A model generated the notes under the pieces. That model did not search any database. It saw only the letters and a program-made list of their open reading frames with translations, and had not been told where the DNA came from. From contig JBCCHT010000002.1 of NCBI GenBank assembly GCA_039028615.1, positions 128,001-192,000 of the forward strand: a stretch of DNA of 64,000 nt, given 5' to 3'. Both the position numbers and the translations under genes were made by a program. Below are positions 20,203 to 30,148 of this stretch, in pieces. The DNA comes from Myxococcota bacterium (GTDB taxonomy: Bacteria > Myxococcota_A > Polyangia > Nannocystales > Nannocystaceae). The first letter of the stretch is position 1, and each line of letters opens with the position of its first letter.

Positions 20203-21192
20203 TCAGCCCCCAGGCGGATCCGGCGTGGCCTCGCGCTCGGGACACTGCCCATCGACCAGCGGCTCGTCACACGCGGGCTCGGGCTCCGGCGGCAAGCAAC
20301 CGTCGCTCGTGGGCCCGGCGACATCGGGGCACAGGTCGTAGGGCTCGACGATGCCGTCGCCGTCCGCGTCCTTCGGCAGACAGCCGTCACGATTCGTCCC
20401 CGCCTCGTTCGGGCACAGATCATGCGAGTCGAGGATCCCGTCGCCATCGCTGTCGGCCGGGACACAGCCGTCGGCGCCCGCCCCAGGCACCTGCGGACAG
20501 CGGTCGCGCACATCCGTGACGCCGTCGTAGTCGGTGTCGATCGCCGTGCCCGGAACGGGCTCTGGCTCAGGCTTGGCCTGTGCCTGCGTCTGGCGGGCCC
20601 GCCCCAGCGTGAACGAAAGCCCCAGCGTCACCGAGCCGTGGTGCGTGACCGTGCGGCGGCGCGCCGCCGCGGCCGACATCATGTGGCGACCATCGATGCG
20701 GACCGCGATCCAGGGCGTGAGCAGCACCTTGGCCCCGACCCCGTAGTGCCCCACCGGGTCGACGTCGTTGCCCACCGCGTCCCGGCTCGAGCGTACGCCC
20801 ATGATCCCGTAGCCACCGAAGACGAAGGGGACGATGCGATAAAGCGGAAGCTGAAGGATCGCGTGCCCTCGCGCTCCCCAGGCAAAGACCGGCTCGGAGC
20901 CGTCGGAAAGCTCCGTCCACACCCCGTCGAACTCGGCCTCCGCTCCCACGAAGGACAGCGGGAAGTAGGCCCCCCGAAAGCCCGCCAAGGGCCCGACGCG
21001 TCGGAGCCGCTGCTGCGGCGCGGTGCGGGTGTCGTACAGGTCGTGGTCCTCGGCGAGCACGAACGCGCCCCCGTGAACACCCAGCTCCCAGGTATCGCGG
21101 GCCGGCTGAACCCGCTCGATCCACGGCTTCGGCTCTTCCACGAGGAGCAGCGAGACCAGCGAGACCACGGCGGTTCCGATCACGGCTCGCAT
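20203..21192 (-). CDS. Outer-membrane beta-barrel protein with TSP3 repeats, lacking an OmpA C-terminal domain
   Basis: WELGVHGG, G.R..YFPLSF.G.E.E, PFVFGG.G, HYG.G.K, RIDGR strands; three DxDxDG..D..D.CP repeats; ends in a Pro-rich tail. Confidence 0.75.
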   Translation of the reverse strand: MRAVIGTAVVSLVSLLLVEEPKPWIERVQPARDTWELGVHGGAFVLAEDHDLYDTRTAPQQRLRRVGPLAGFRGAYFPLSFVGAEAEFDGVWTELSDGSEPVFAWGARGHAILQLPLYRIVPFVFGGYGIMGVRSSRDAVGNDVDPVGHYGVGAKVLLTPWIAVRIDGRHMMSAAAARRRTVTHHGSVTLGLSFTLGRARQTQAQAKPEPEPVPGTAIDTDYDGVTDVRDRCPQVPGAGADGCVPADSDGDGILDSHDLCPNEAGTNRDGCLPKDADGDGIVEPYDLCPDVAGPTSDGCLPPEPEPACDEPLVDGQCPEREATPDPPGG

Positions 21193-21258
21193 CGTACACC
21201 ACGCAAACGAGGGCCGCAGGGCACTTTGGCCCTGCGACCCTTCCCGCCAACCCTCGGG

Positions 21259-22752
21259 CTAGCGCATGTCGAGGTAGAACATCTGCGAAGGCGTGCTGTC
21301 GCCATCACACATGCGGAAGTTCGCGATCTCGTTGAGTCCGTTTGAGGTCGACGTGTAGGGGCAGCTCAGGATCTGCTTGCCGTACACGCTCGTGCCGAAC
21401 ATGAAGTCCTGCGGGTCACCGCCCGTCCAGGTGTTGTTCTTGAACGCCCACCGCTGGTCGGTGTCACTGGTGTTGCAGTTGACCGTCGACAGCGAGCTGT
21501 TGGCGCTACTCAGGCACTTGTTGGTGTTGGCCCGCGAGCGAATCAGGTACCAGCCGCCGCCCTGCGCCTCCAGGCTGAATTTCAGGTTCTGGCTGCTGCT
21601 GCACGAGGACAAACCGCCGTACTGGTTGATGCACCGGTTGTTGAGTCGGCTGCGGATCGTCCAGTCGATGCCCGCACCACCTGCGTCCCACTCCAGCGCG
21701 ATGCCGCGAGCATCGTCGTTGAAGTCGTAGTCGCTCAGGTTGACCGTCTCGGTGGCACCGAAGCCGAAGATGTTCTGGAAGGTGCGGAACGAACCGGTGT
21801 TGTTGGAGCCCGTCCACAGCGTCACCGCGGCGCCGTCGGGGACCCTCACGCTCGAGGCCGCGCTGCTCATCACGCCGTTGTAGGCGTCGTTGCCCGTGCC
21901 GTGGAAGTCCTCGAGCACGTAGTCCTCGGTGTTGTCCTCGATCCAGCCGGGGAGGCAAAACGACATGCCCTGGTCGGTCTCGTTCGAGCCCTTCCATACG
22001 TCGATGCACTGGTCGTCGACATACTCCGCGTACACCAGCAGCAGGTGCTCCAGCGGATCGTTGATCCCCTCGAACTCGCCCGAGGTGGACGAGAGCACGC
22101 CGATGACCTCGTAGCCGCCCTCACCATCGGGCTGAAGCAGCGGCCCGCCCGAATCACCATGATCGTAGTCGCTCGAGTGGGTGGTGAACACGTTGTTGGT
22201 GGAATACAGCCCGCTGGTATGTTCGCTGGGGTCATACCGCTTGACCCCGTCGGTCCCGAAGCCCACGAAGGTCAGCGCGGGGATGTCGTCGCCTTCCATC
22301 GGGGTATGAACCGCCTCGTAGTACTCGCTGAAGGTGCCGTCGGCGAACTTCAGCAGCGCGAAGTCGGCATTGGGAAACGAGTCGGGGTCGTTCCAGTCGT
22401 GGCGCTGGACGATCGTGGCACTCGAGCGTTTGTTGACCGCGCCCGAGTTGGCGCCGTGCGCCGTGCTGACCTTGGCCCAGCTCGCCCACTGACTGGATCC
22501 ATTCCCCAGGCAGTGCAGCGCCGTGGCGACCAGATCGTCGGAAATCGCGACCGCCGAGCAAGAGTAGCCATAGGAGTTTTGGATCCGAATGACGGGCGCG
22601 AAACCGGTCGTCGCCTCGCCGTCGATGCGCCACTCGGCCTGGTCGAGTTCTTCGTCCATGGCAGAGATTTCATCGTCGACGGTACACCCGATAGCACCGA
22701 GTGCAGCGAGCACTGCGAGATTGCGAATGATGGATAGGTTGTTGGTCTTCAT
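21259..22752 (-). CDS. Lipoprotein: trypsin-like serine protease + beta/gamma-crystallin-like + ricin-B-like domains
   Basis: GAGGAA RBS, lipobox AIGC; TALHC, DFALL, GDSGGP triad; ASSVRVP.G..VTLW...N.TG and FNDDARGI; C......DQRW. Confidence 0.82.
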   Translation of the reverse strand: MKTNNLSIIRNLAVLAALGAIGCTVDDEISAMDEELDQAEWRIDGEATTGFAPVIRIQNSYGYSCSAVAISDDLVATALHCLGNGSSQWASWAKVSTAHGANSGAVNKRSSATIVQRHDWNDPDSFPNADFALLKFADGTFSEYYEAVHTPMEGDDIPALTFVGFGTDGVKRYDPSEHTSGLYSTNNVFTTHSSDYDHGDSGGPLLQPDGEGGYEVIGVLSSTSGEFEGINDPLEHLLLVYAEYVDDQCIDVWKGSNETDQGMSFCLPGWIEDNTEDYVLEDFHGTGNDAYNGVMSSAASSVRVPDGAAVTLWTGSNNTGSFRTFQNIFGFGATETVNLSDYDFNDDARGIALEWDAGGAGIDWTIRSRLNNRCINQYGGLSSCSSSQNLKFSLEAQGGGWYLIRSRANTNKCLSSANSSLSTVNCNTSDTDQRWAFKNNTWTGGDPQDFMFGTSVYGKQILSCPYTSTSNGLNEIANFRMCDGDSTPSQMFYLDMR

Positions 22753-23003
22753 TGATACATTCCTCGTTGGAACAATGACGACACCGGACCGTTCGGGCCT
22801 CCCGGGGTTTCGCCCCAATCGGCTGCGTTCAATGTTCCGGCGGCGTCAACGAGGCAGTACCGTCCGTCGGGGAACCATTTCATCGATTCGAAAGAATTCG
22901 CATTCCCCATCATTCTCTGCATTTCGAAATACGGTGAAACCAGCCCATTTGCACCGTCGCTCAATCGATGGCTGGCACGATGGCCAGCCCCCCTCGATGG
23001 CCT

Positions 23004-24035
23004 TCAGCGAGCGGGGCAGCCAATCGCCGCCGTCGCCACGATCACGTCGTCGATGTGATGATCGATCACCGCAGGCGCATTCCAAAACGACGCGAAGCGA
23101 GCGGTGTTGATCCCCGCGCCGTCCCACGCGTCCACGAACTCGATGCCCGCGAGCGAGACCTCGAGCTGCCCGTCGACAGACACCTCGAACATCCCGTTCG
23201 CCATTCCCGGGTCGTCCAGGCGCACGTGAATCTCGTGGCACTGCCACTGCCCGGCTGCCGCTTCGCCGTACAGGGCAGAGGTCCCCAAGCCCGACTCGCG
23301 AACCTCGAGGTTGGGGTTGCTCCAATCGCCTTGCCCGCTGCACAAAAGCTCCGAGTCGTGCACGCAGCTCCACGCCAGCGCCTGCGCCTCGGCCTGCGTC
23401 GGAGAGTAAATCGTCGCGTCCACGGCGATGGCTCGGTTGCCTCCGATGACCGACATCACCTCGACCGCCTCGGCAATGCCCGCGTCCGGCCAGGCCTGGT
23501 CCGTGCGCAAGTAGAAGCGGACCCAGACCTCTCGGAAGTCACCCGTAGGGTCGTGGATCATGCCGCCATCGGGCCCGGCCCCGAAGCGGATGTCCGCCAT
23601 TCCGCTGCCGAATACCGCCGGGTCGTGACCGATTCGCAGCGCACGAGAACCCGACCACGCGTCGGTCTGTTCGACGTCGATGAGCCCGGCCGGGTTGGAC
23701 ACGTGACCGAAATAGCCGAACAGATCGCCAGGGACGTCGAAGTCCTCGCAGAGGATCCAGGAGCCGGGAAGCACATCGGGGCATCCCGGCTCGACGGGCA
23801 CGTCGCCCGACTCACTCGAACCGTCCGAAACACCGCCCGTGGAATCGGCGTCCGTCGAGCCACCCGTGGTGGTCGTCGCCTCAGGCGTCGACGTGGCCGT
23901 CGACTCTTCGTCGGCCGTGGTGGCTGCGCCCCCTTCGGTGGAGCCACCGCTTCCCTCGCCAGCCATCCCTGGCTCCGTAGACGAGCAGCCGATCAGGAAC
24001 GCGAAGGAACCCAGCACGCCGAGCGGTCGGACCAC
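23004..24035 (-). CDS. Lipoprotein with Ser/Thr/Gly linker and jelly-roll (Cip1/polysaccharide-lyase-like) domain
   Basis: Lipobox LIGC; LCEDFD, AWSGSRAL, EVWVRFY, GQWQCHE, G.FEVSVDG, HIDDVIVA...IGC. Confidence 0.7.
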   Translation of the reverse strand: MVRPLGVLGSFAFLIGCSSTEPGMAGEGSGGSTEGGAATTADEESTATSTPEATTTTGGSTDADSTGGVSDGSSESGDVPVEPGCPDVLPGSWILCEDFDVPGDLFGYFGHVSNPAGLIDVEQTDAWSGSRALRIGHDPAVFGSGMADIRFGAGPDGGMIHDPTGDFREVWVRFYLRTDQAWPDAGIAEAVEVMSVIGGNRAIAVDATIYSPTQAEAQALAWSCVHDSELLCSGQGDWSNPNLEVRESGLGTSALYGEAAAGQWQCHEIHVRLDDPGMANGMFEVSVDGQLEVSLAGIEFVDAWDGAGINTARFASFWNAPAVIDHHIDDVIVATAAIGCPAR

Positions 24036-24078
24036 GCCGGCACCCTAGCATGCCCTCTGCGACGCAACGCGTCGGAGT

Positions 24079-24489
24079 TCAGAGGCTTCCGGTCGCGACC
24101 GACTTGTACACCCGGATGATGGGATCACTGTAAAGCGAGGAGTTGCTGCCGTTCTTCGTCGCCACGATGCGCCAGTGCTCTTGGGTCGCATTCGCGTTCG
24201 TCTCGCCGCCCGAGAATTGATTGCCGTCAGTCCACGAGTCGTTGGCGGTTTTCCGGTGCTGCATCTTGTAGCTGTACCCGGACGTGGACTTGGTGGTGTT
24301 GATGCCGATCGTACACACCCCGCCCGAGCAACCGTCGGTGATCTTATCGCTCGCCCCGAGGTCCACGTCCGAGACGTCCTTGCCGGTACTGTCGTTGCGA
24401 ATCGTACTCGTGCAGGTAATCGTGAGCGTGCTGGAGCCCACCGTACACTTGACTTCGAGATCCGAAAGACTGGTGCTGTAGTCCGTCAC
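24079..24489 (-). CDS. Small Ser/Thr-rich beta-strand hypothetical protein
   Basis: 136-aa ORF with non-shadow composition and GC3 bias; no signal peptide; C-terminal DPIIRV. Confidence 0.65.
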   Translation of the reverse strand: MTDYSTSLSDLEVKCTVGSSTLTITCTSTIRNDSTGKDVSDVDLGASDKITDGCSGGVCTIGINTTKSTSGYSYKMQHRKTANDSWTDGNQFSGGETNANATQEHWRIVATKNGSNSSLYSDPIIRVYKSVATGSL

Positions 24490-24662
24490 GTTTTCAACCT
24501 AACAGAGCGCCAGAAGCCTTGCCGTGAACGCGATGGGCCCAGTACGGGTCGAACTCGCGGGGTAAACATTACACCGTCAACTCCGAACATCGATTGATTC
24601 GAGAGGAACATCGCCCGCTCGTCAATGTCCCATCGACGAACCATCCCCGATACGATGGGCGC

Positions 24663-27608
24663 GTGCACTCTCCCGAAGTCGAGCGTTTCGGCCGCTACGA
24701 GGTCATCGGTCCGCTCGGTGAAGGAGGCATGGGTCAGGTCTTCGAAGCCTTCGATCCGAGCCTCGACCGCAAGGTCGCGGTGAAGGTGCTGCACGCCGAC
24801 CTCGCCCGGGAGCACACCCAGCGTCTCGTTCGCGAGGCCCAGGCCCTCGCCCGGCTGTCGCATCCCAACGTCGTTCAGGTCTACGAGGTCGGGGTGGTCG
24901 ACGATCGAGCCTTCGTCGCGATGGAGCTGGTCGTCGGCCAGACGCTGCGAACGTGGTCCAAACGCGATCCACGGCCGAGCTGGCGGGAGTGTGTGGAGCT
25001 GTACCTCCAAGCCGGCAACGGGCTCGCCGCAGCCCACGCCGAGGGTCTCGTGCATCGGGACTTCAAGCCCGGCAACGTCATCGTCGACGACGCAGGGCGA
25101 GTGCGGGTGCTGGACTTCGGCCTCGCTCGAAGCACCGAACTCGAAGGACGGCCTGCGCACCGCACCGCGTCGGAGCTGCTGTCCACCCTCGCGCCGTTCG
25201 ACGAGCCCTTCGATGAGCCCACGAGCGACAACGCGCAGACCTTGACCCGGACCGGGACCATCCTCGGGACCCTGGCCTATATGCCGCTCGAGCAGATGCT
25301 GGGTCGTGAAGTCGATGCGCGCGGGGATCAGTTCTGCTTTTGTGTCTCGCTGTACGAAGCGATCTTCGGTGAGCGACCCTTCGACGGACAGTCGCCCCAC
25401 GCCCGCATGCTCGAGCTTCGGGACGGGCAGGTGAGCTTCCCGCGAGACATCGCGATCCCGACGCGGCTTCGTCACGCGCTATCCCGGGGTCTGGCCTGCG
25501 AAGCCCAACAGCGATGGCCCACCATGGAGGCGCTGCTGCGGGAGCTTCGGCTGGTGGTCGCCCCCCGTCGGCGGGGTTGGGTGGGCCTGGCATTGGCGGG
25601 CGGCCTGGCGGCGTTGGGCATCGGCATTGGTACCCGTGGTTCGGCGGGCCCCGACTGCTCCCGCGGGCTCGAGCAGCTGGATGGCATCTGGGACGAGACA
25701 CGCCAGCAGCAGGTCACCACCGCGATCGTGGAGACCGGCTTGCCGCACGCCGCCGACACCGAGCAACGCGTACGCGAGACGCTCGATGCCTATGTGCAGC
25801 GATGGAGCGAGGTCCACACCGAGATCTGCGAGGCCGCCCAGCGGGACGAGCTGCGCACGGAGACCACCGTCGATCTGCAGACCGGATGCCTGACCAGCGC
25901 ACGCCTCGAGCTACGCGCGGCGGTCGACGTGTTGTCGAGCGCGGACCCGGCCCGAGTCACCAACGCCATCCCGCTCGTGACCCGCTTGCCCGCGCCCGAT
26001 CGATGCGACGACATCGCGATGCTGCAGGCCCGCCTGTCCCCGCCGCAGGACCCCGCGGTGGCCGAGGGAGTAGAGCTGCAGCGAGCCGCCCTGATGGAGG
26101 TGCGCGCGCTTCGGGTCGCGGGCGAACACGACGGCAGCATGACCCTCGCCCGTACGATCGTCGAAGAGGCCGAGGCCCAGGACTACCCTCCCCTGCTCGC
26201 CGAGGCCCTGCTCGAGCGAGGCATCGTGCACCGCGATCAGGGCCAGTACGTCGAGGCCGAGCGGGACCTGCAGCGCTCCTATCTCTTGGCGATCGAGCAC
26301 CAGCACGAACAGGTCGAGCTCACCGCCGCGGTGGAGCTCATTTTCGTGGTGGGCTACCGACAGGCCAAGCATGACCGTGGCACCGAGTGGGGCTCGGTCG
26401 CGCGAGCGCTGTCGGGTCGACCGCACGGGGCGGCTCGCGACCGAGGGCGCGCGCTGAGCAACACCGCGGTAGTGCTCGTGGAGCAGGGCAAGCTCGACGA
26501 GGCCCTCGGACTCCACGTGCAGGCCAAGGCGCTCCTCGAAGACGCACTCGGCCCTCGTCACCTATACGTGGCCATGGCGTGGGGCAACGCCGGGCTGGTG
26601 CTCGAAGCCCAGGGCAAGCTCGACGAGGCCCTCGCGCACTACCAGACGGCGTTGGACATCCGCTCGGAGGTCCTCGGTCCGCGGCACCCCGACGTCGCCA
26701 AGATGCTGACCAACCTCGGCAACGTGCTGCGAGCGCAGGGCCGCTCTGCCGAGGCCCTCGAGCACCATCAGCGGGCACTCACCATCGAGTCGGAGGCGCT
26801 CGGCCCCGACCACATCGATCTGGCTGCGACGCTCGGCAACGTCGGCGCGCTGCTCGACGAGCAAGGGCACGCCGAGCAGGCGCTCGAGCACCATCAGCGA
26901 GCGCTCACCATTCGCACGCAGCGGCTCGGCCCCGACCATCCCGACCTCGCCCTGTCGATGAACAACATCGCGGCCCTGCTCCAGGGCCAGGGACGCAACG
27001 GCGAGGCCATCGAGTACTTCGAGCGCGGGCTCGACATTCAACGACGAGCCTTGGGCGAAAGGCACCCCGACATCGCCATCTCGCTGAGCAACCTCGGCTA
27101 CATGCTGGCCGTCGAAGGTCGCACCGAGGAAGCGCTGGCCCACCACCGTCGCGCGCTCGACATCGCCAAAGAAGCGCTGGGTGCCGAGCATCCCATGGTC
27201 GCGTTGTTGCTGGTCAATGTGGGCGATGCCCTGGGCACCGAGGACGGCTCCGAGCTCGCTCGCGAACGCTACGAACAGGCCCTGACCATCGCCACCGCCG
27301 CCCTGGGAGCCGAGCACCCCGATGTCGCGTACCCGCTGGTGGGGCTGGCCCGGATCGCCCTCGCCCGCAACGAGCACGCCGCCGCCCGCGAGCACGCCGA
27401 GCGGGCGTACGAGCTCCGGGAAGCCGCCGACGCGCCGCCGGCCGAAGTCGCCGAAGCCCGCTTCCTGCTCGCGCGCTGCCTATGGGCGGATCTGGAGCAG
27501 CGCTCCCGGGCGCGCACCTTGGCCGAGCAGGCTCGTGAAGACTACGGCGCGCTCGGCCAACCGGACGAGCACGCGAAGGTCACCGCCTGGCTCGAGCAGA
27601 CGGGCTAG
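24663..27608 (+). CDS. Ser/Thr protein kinase - TM - TPR receptor
   Basis: LGEGGMG, VAVK, HRDFKPGN, DFG, GTLAYMPLE; TM; multiple LG..HP TPRs; GTG 24663 is the likely start. Confidence 0.92.
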   Translation: MHSPEVERFGRYEVIGPLGEGGMGQVFEAFDPSLDRKVAVKVLHADLAREHTQRLVREAQALARLSHPNVVQVYEVGVVDDRAFVAMELVVGQTLRTWSKRDPRPSWRECVELYLQAGNGLAAAHAEGLVHRDFKPGNVIVDDAGRVRVLDFGLARSTELEGRPAHRTASELLSTLAPFDEPFDEPTSDNAQTLTRTGTILGTLAYMPLEQMLGREVDARGDQFCFCVSLYEAIFGERPFDGQSPHARMLELRDGQVSFPRDIAIPTRLRHALSRGLACEAQQRWPTMEALLRELRLVVAPRRRGWVGLALAGGLAALGIGIGTRGSAGPDCSRGLEQLDGIWDETRQQQVTTAIVETGLPHAADTEQRVRETLDAYVQRWSEVHTEICEAAQRDELRTETTVDLQTGCLTSARLELRAAVDVLSSADPARVTNAIPLVTRLPAPDRCDDIAMLQARLSPPQDPAVAEGVELQRAALMEVRALRVAGEHDGSMTLARTIVEEAEAQDYPPLLAEALLERGIVHRDQGQYVEAERDLQRSYLLAIEHQHEQVELTAAVELIFVVGYRQAKHDRGTEWGSVARALSGRPHGAARDRGRALSNTAVVLVEQGKLDEALGLHVQAKALLEDALGPRHLYVAMAWGNAGLVLEAQGKLDEALAHYQTALDIRSEVLGPRHPDVAKMLTNLGNVLRAQGRSAEALEHHQRALTIESEALGPDHIDLAATLGNVGALLDEQGHAEQALEHHQRALTIRTQRLGPDHPDLALSMNNIAALLQGQGRNGEAIEYFERGLDIQRRALGERHPDIAISLSNLGYMLAVEGRTEEALAHHRRALDIAKEALGAEHPMVALLLVNVGDALGTEDGSELARERYEQALTIATAALGAEHPDVAYPLVGLARIALARNEHAAAREHAERAYELREAADAPPAEVAEARFLLARCLWADLEQRSRARTLAEQAREDYGALGQPDEHAKVTAWLEQTG

Positions 27609-28447
27609 TTCGGCAGATCCAAGTCGCAGACGGCGGGGCCCGGCTCGACGCAGCGCCCGAAGCTGCACTCGTAGTCGTCGGCGCAGCTCCCCGAGATTTC
27701 GCAGGACTCGCCGACGACGGGCAGCGGAGCACAAAAACCATTGGGGCAGTAGCCACTGGCGCACTCGCGAAAGCCCATGCACGGCTGTCCGTTGGCGGTC
27801 AGGGCCATGCAGCGGGCCCGGCCATCGGTCGTGCCCGGCTCGAGCACACACTCCATCCCGTCCTCGCACACGTGCCCCGTGCACTCCTCACCGAGGCCGA
27901 CGACTCGCAGGCAGCGTCGATCGGCGCCGCACTCCAGTCCCTGTTCGCACTCGTGCTCCGAGCAGGACTCGGCTTCGCCGGCCGTGACGGGGCTTCCCTC
28001 GCGCACACACTCGAACGACGCATTGCACACCAAACCGATGCCGCACTCGCTGGACCACCGTGTGTTCTTCATGCACGGGTCCCCCTCGGATTGCGGCCCG
28101 TTGTTCAGGTCGCACGCCCGGAGCCCGTCGCGTAGGGGCTCGCAGCCGAGTTCGTCGAGCTGCGCCACGAAGCTGCCCATGCACGCGGCGTCGAAGGTGC
28201 CGAGCGTCATTCGGTCGATCCACTGGGTCACGTCGGCCCGGCAGTCCGTCATCGATTGATAGGGGGTGCCAACGCCACACCGGCACTCCTCCACGATGCG
28301 CTCGCACCACGCGATTTCGAGGGTGTCAGACACGTCGTCGAGTTCGACGGGCGGCGGCGCCTCTTCCGTCTCGCTCACACCGACCGGATCACACCCGGCG
28401 AACAATGCCACTGCGACCGCAATTGCGGATCCATATATCCAAGTCAT
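27605..28447 (-). CDS. Cys-rich lipoprotein (C..GL.C repeats)
   Basis: AGGAG RBS before ATG 28447; lipobox FAGC; repeated GE.C....C..G..C units. Confidence 0.8.
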   Translation of the reverse strand: MTWIYGSAIAVAVALFAGCDPVGVSETEEAPPPVELDDVSDTLEIAWCERIVEECRCGVGTPYQSMTDCRADVTQWIDRMTLGTFDAACMGSFVAQLDELGCEPLRDGLRACDLNNGPQSEGDPCMKNTRWSSECGIGLVCNASFECVREGSPVTAGEAESCSEHECEQGLECGADRRCLRVVGLGEECTGHVCEDGMECVLEPGTTDGRARCMALTANGQPCMGFRECASGYCPNGFCAPLPVVGESCEISGSCADDYECSFGRCVEPGPAVCDLDLPN

Positions 28448-28566
28448 GCTCAAACTCCTACTGACAAGCTAAGCGGCCCCGCCCACAACATGCGGGAACG
28501 GCATGAGCGTACCACATGCAGTGCAAAATTCAGGCGGGCGTCGAACGAGGTCCTAAGATGTGCCCC

Positions 28567-30048
28567 ATGTCGGTACGCGCGAAGGTGTTGGCGGCGGCGG
28601 TCCTCGCCGGCTGTGGGAGCGACCCCGCGCCGAGCACCGATGACGCGGGCTCGTCGTCGGCCGGCACCACCGATGCGTCCGACGGCCCATCGGCGTCCAC
28701 GAGCACCACGAGTGTGACGGACTCTTCGTCGTCCTCGTCCTCGGGTGCCGACGACGAATCGACCACCGCCGACAATCCGACCCTCGACGAAATCCTGCAG
28801 GCGCTGCTCGACCGACAAGACCCGCCCGTCGTGCCGCTCGTCGCTCCCGAGCCCGCCGAGCCCGCCCTCGTCGCGCTGGGTGAGGCCCTGTTCTTCGATC
28901 CGATCCTCTCGGGCAACCAGGACATCGCGTGTGCGACCTGCCATCACCCCGACTACGGGCTCAGCGATGGCCTGTCTCTCACCCTCGGGACCGGAGCCAC
29001 CGGGGTCGGGCCGGCCCGCGCCGAGGGGCCGCATCCCCCCTTCGTACCGCGGCACTCGATGTCGCTGTTCAACATCGGCCACGAGGAGTTCACGCATCTG
29101 TTCTGGGACTCGCGGGTCGAGACGGGTCCGGGTGGAATGCTGGCGACTCCGGCCGGGCCACAGCTGCTCGCCGAACTGGCGGGCCCGCTCGCAGCCCAGG
29201 CGATGTTCCCCGTGCTCGATCGACGAGAGATGCGCGGGCAGCCGGGCGACATGACTCTGGGCGACGAACCGAACGAGCTCGCGGCACTGCCCGACGACGA
29301 CCCGCAAGCGATCTGGGCCGCGCTCATGGCCCGACTCGGAGCCATCCCCGCGTACGATCCGTTGTTCGCCGCCGCATTTCCTTCACGGACCTTTGCCGAG
29401 CTGACCTTCGCCGACGCGGCCAATGCCATCGCCGCCTACGAGAGCACCGCGTTCTCCTTCCCGAGCGCCCCCTGGGACGACTACCTGGGCGGCGAGCTGA
29501 CGGCCATCACCGACGCAGCGAAACTCGGTGCCATCTTGTTCTACGGCTCGGCCGGCTGCGCCAACTGTCACGCCGGCCCGCTGCTCACCGACCACGAGCT
29601 CCACAGCACGGGCGTCCCCCAGCTCGGTCCGGGCACGGCGAGCGCGGCTCCCTTCGACTACGGGCGCGAGCACGTCACGGGCGACCCCGGCGACCGCTTC
29701 CAGTTTCGCACCCCGCCCCTGCGCAACGTCGAGGTCTCCGCCCCGTACATGCACGACGGCGCCCACCTCGACTTCGAGGACCTCCTGCGTCACTACGGCG
29801 ACGTCACCAACGGCATCGCCGACTACGACCCCAGCGATCTGCTGCCCGAGCTCATTCCCACGGTGCAGCAGGGCGCCGCGCACATCGACGAGATGAACGC
29901 CACCTTGTCCGACGAGCTGGTCCTCGAAGCGCAGCTGGCTGGTCTTTCGAATATCCGCGAGTTCCTGCTCACCCTCACCGATCCCGCCGTCTTCGACCTG
30001 CCGCAGCTGCGCCCGAGGTCGGTCCCCAGCGGTCTCGACGTCCCCTGA
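28567..30048 (+). CDS. Diheme cytochrome c peroxidase / MauG superfamily lipoprotein (paralog of 15415)
   Basis: Lipobox LAGC; LSGNQDIACATCH, FWDSR, CANCH, FRTPPLRNV...APYMHDG. Confidence 0.9.
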   Translation: MSVRAKVLAAAVLAGCGSDPAPSTDDAGSSSAGTTDASDGPSASTSTTSVTDSSSSSSSGADDESTTADNPTLDEILQALLDRQDPPVVPLVAPEPAEPALVALGEALFFDPILSGNQDIACATCHHPDYGLSDGLSLTLGTGATGVGPARAEGPHPPFVPRHSMSLFNIGHEEFTHLFWDSRVETGPGGMLATPAGPQLLAELAGPLAAQAMFPVLDRREMRGQPGDMTLGDEPNELAALPDDDPQAIWAALMARLGAIPAYDPLFAAAFPSRTFAELTFADAANAIAAYESTAFSFPSAPWDDYLGGELTAITDAAKLGAILFYGSAGCANCHAGPLLTDHELHSTGVPQLGPGTASAAPFDYGREHVTGDPGDRFQFRTPPLRNVEVSAPYMHDGAHLDFEDLLRHYGDVTNGIADYDPSDLLPELIPTVQQGAAHIDEMNATLSDELVLEAQLAGLSNIREFLLTLTDPAVFDLPQLRPRSVPSGLDVP

Positions 30049-30148
30049 CGCGCCCTCGCGAGTTTGATTTCCGCAATGATCCCGAGGGCTGTGCGGCGTT
30101 CGGCCCGGTCACTGTGACGGCGCTCGCCGGGGTGAGAAACTGACGTCG

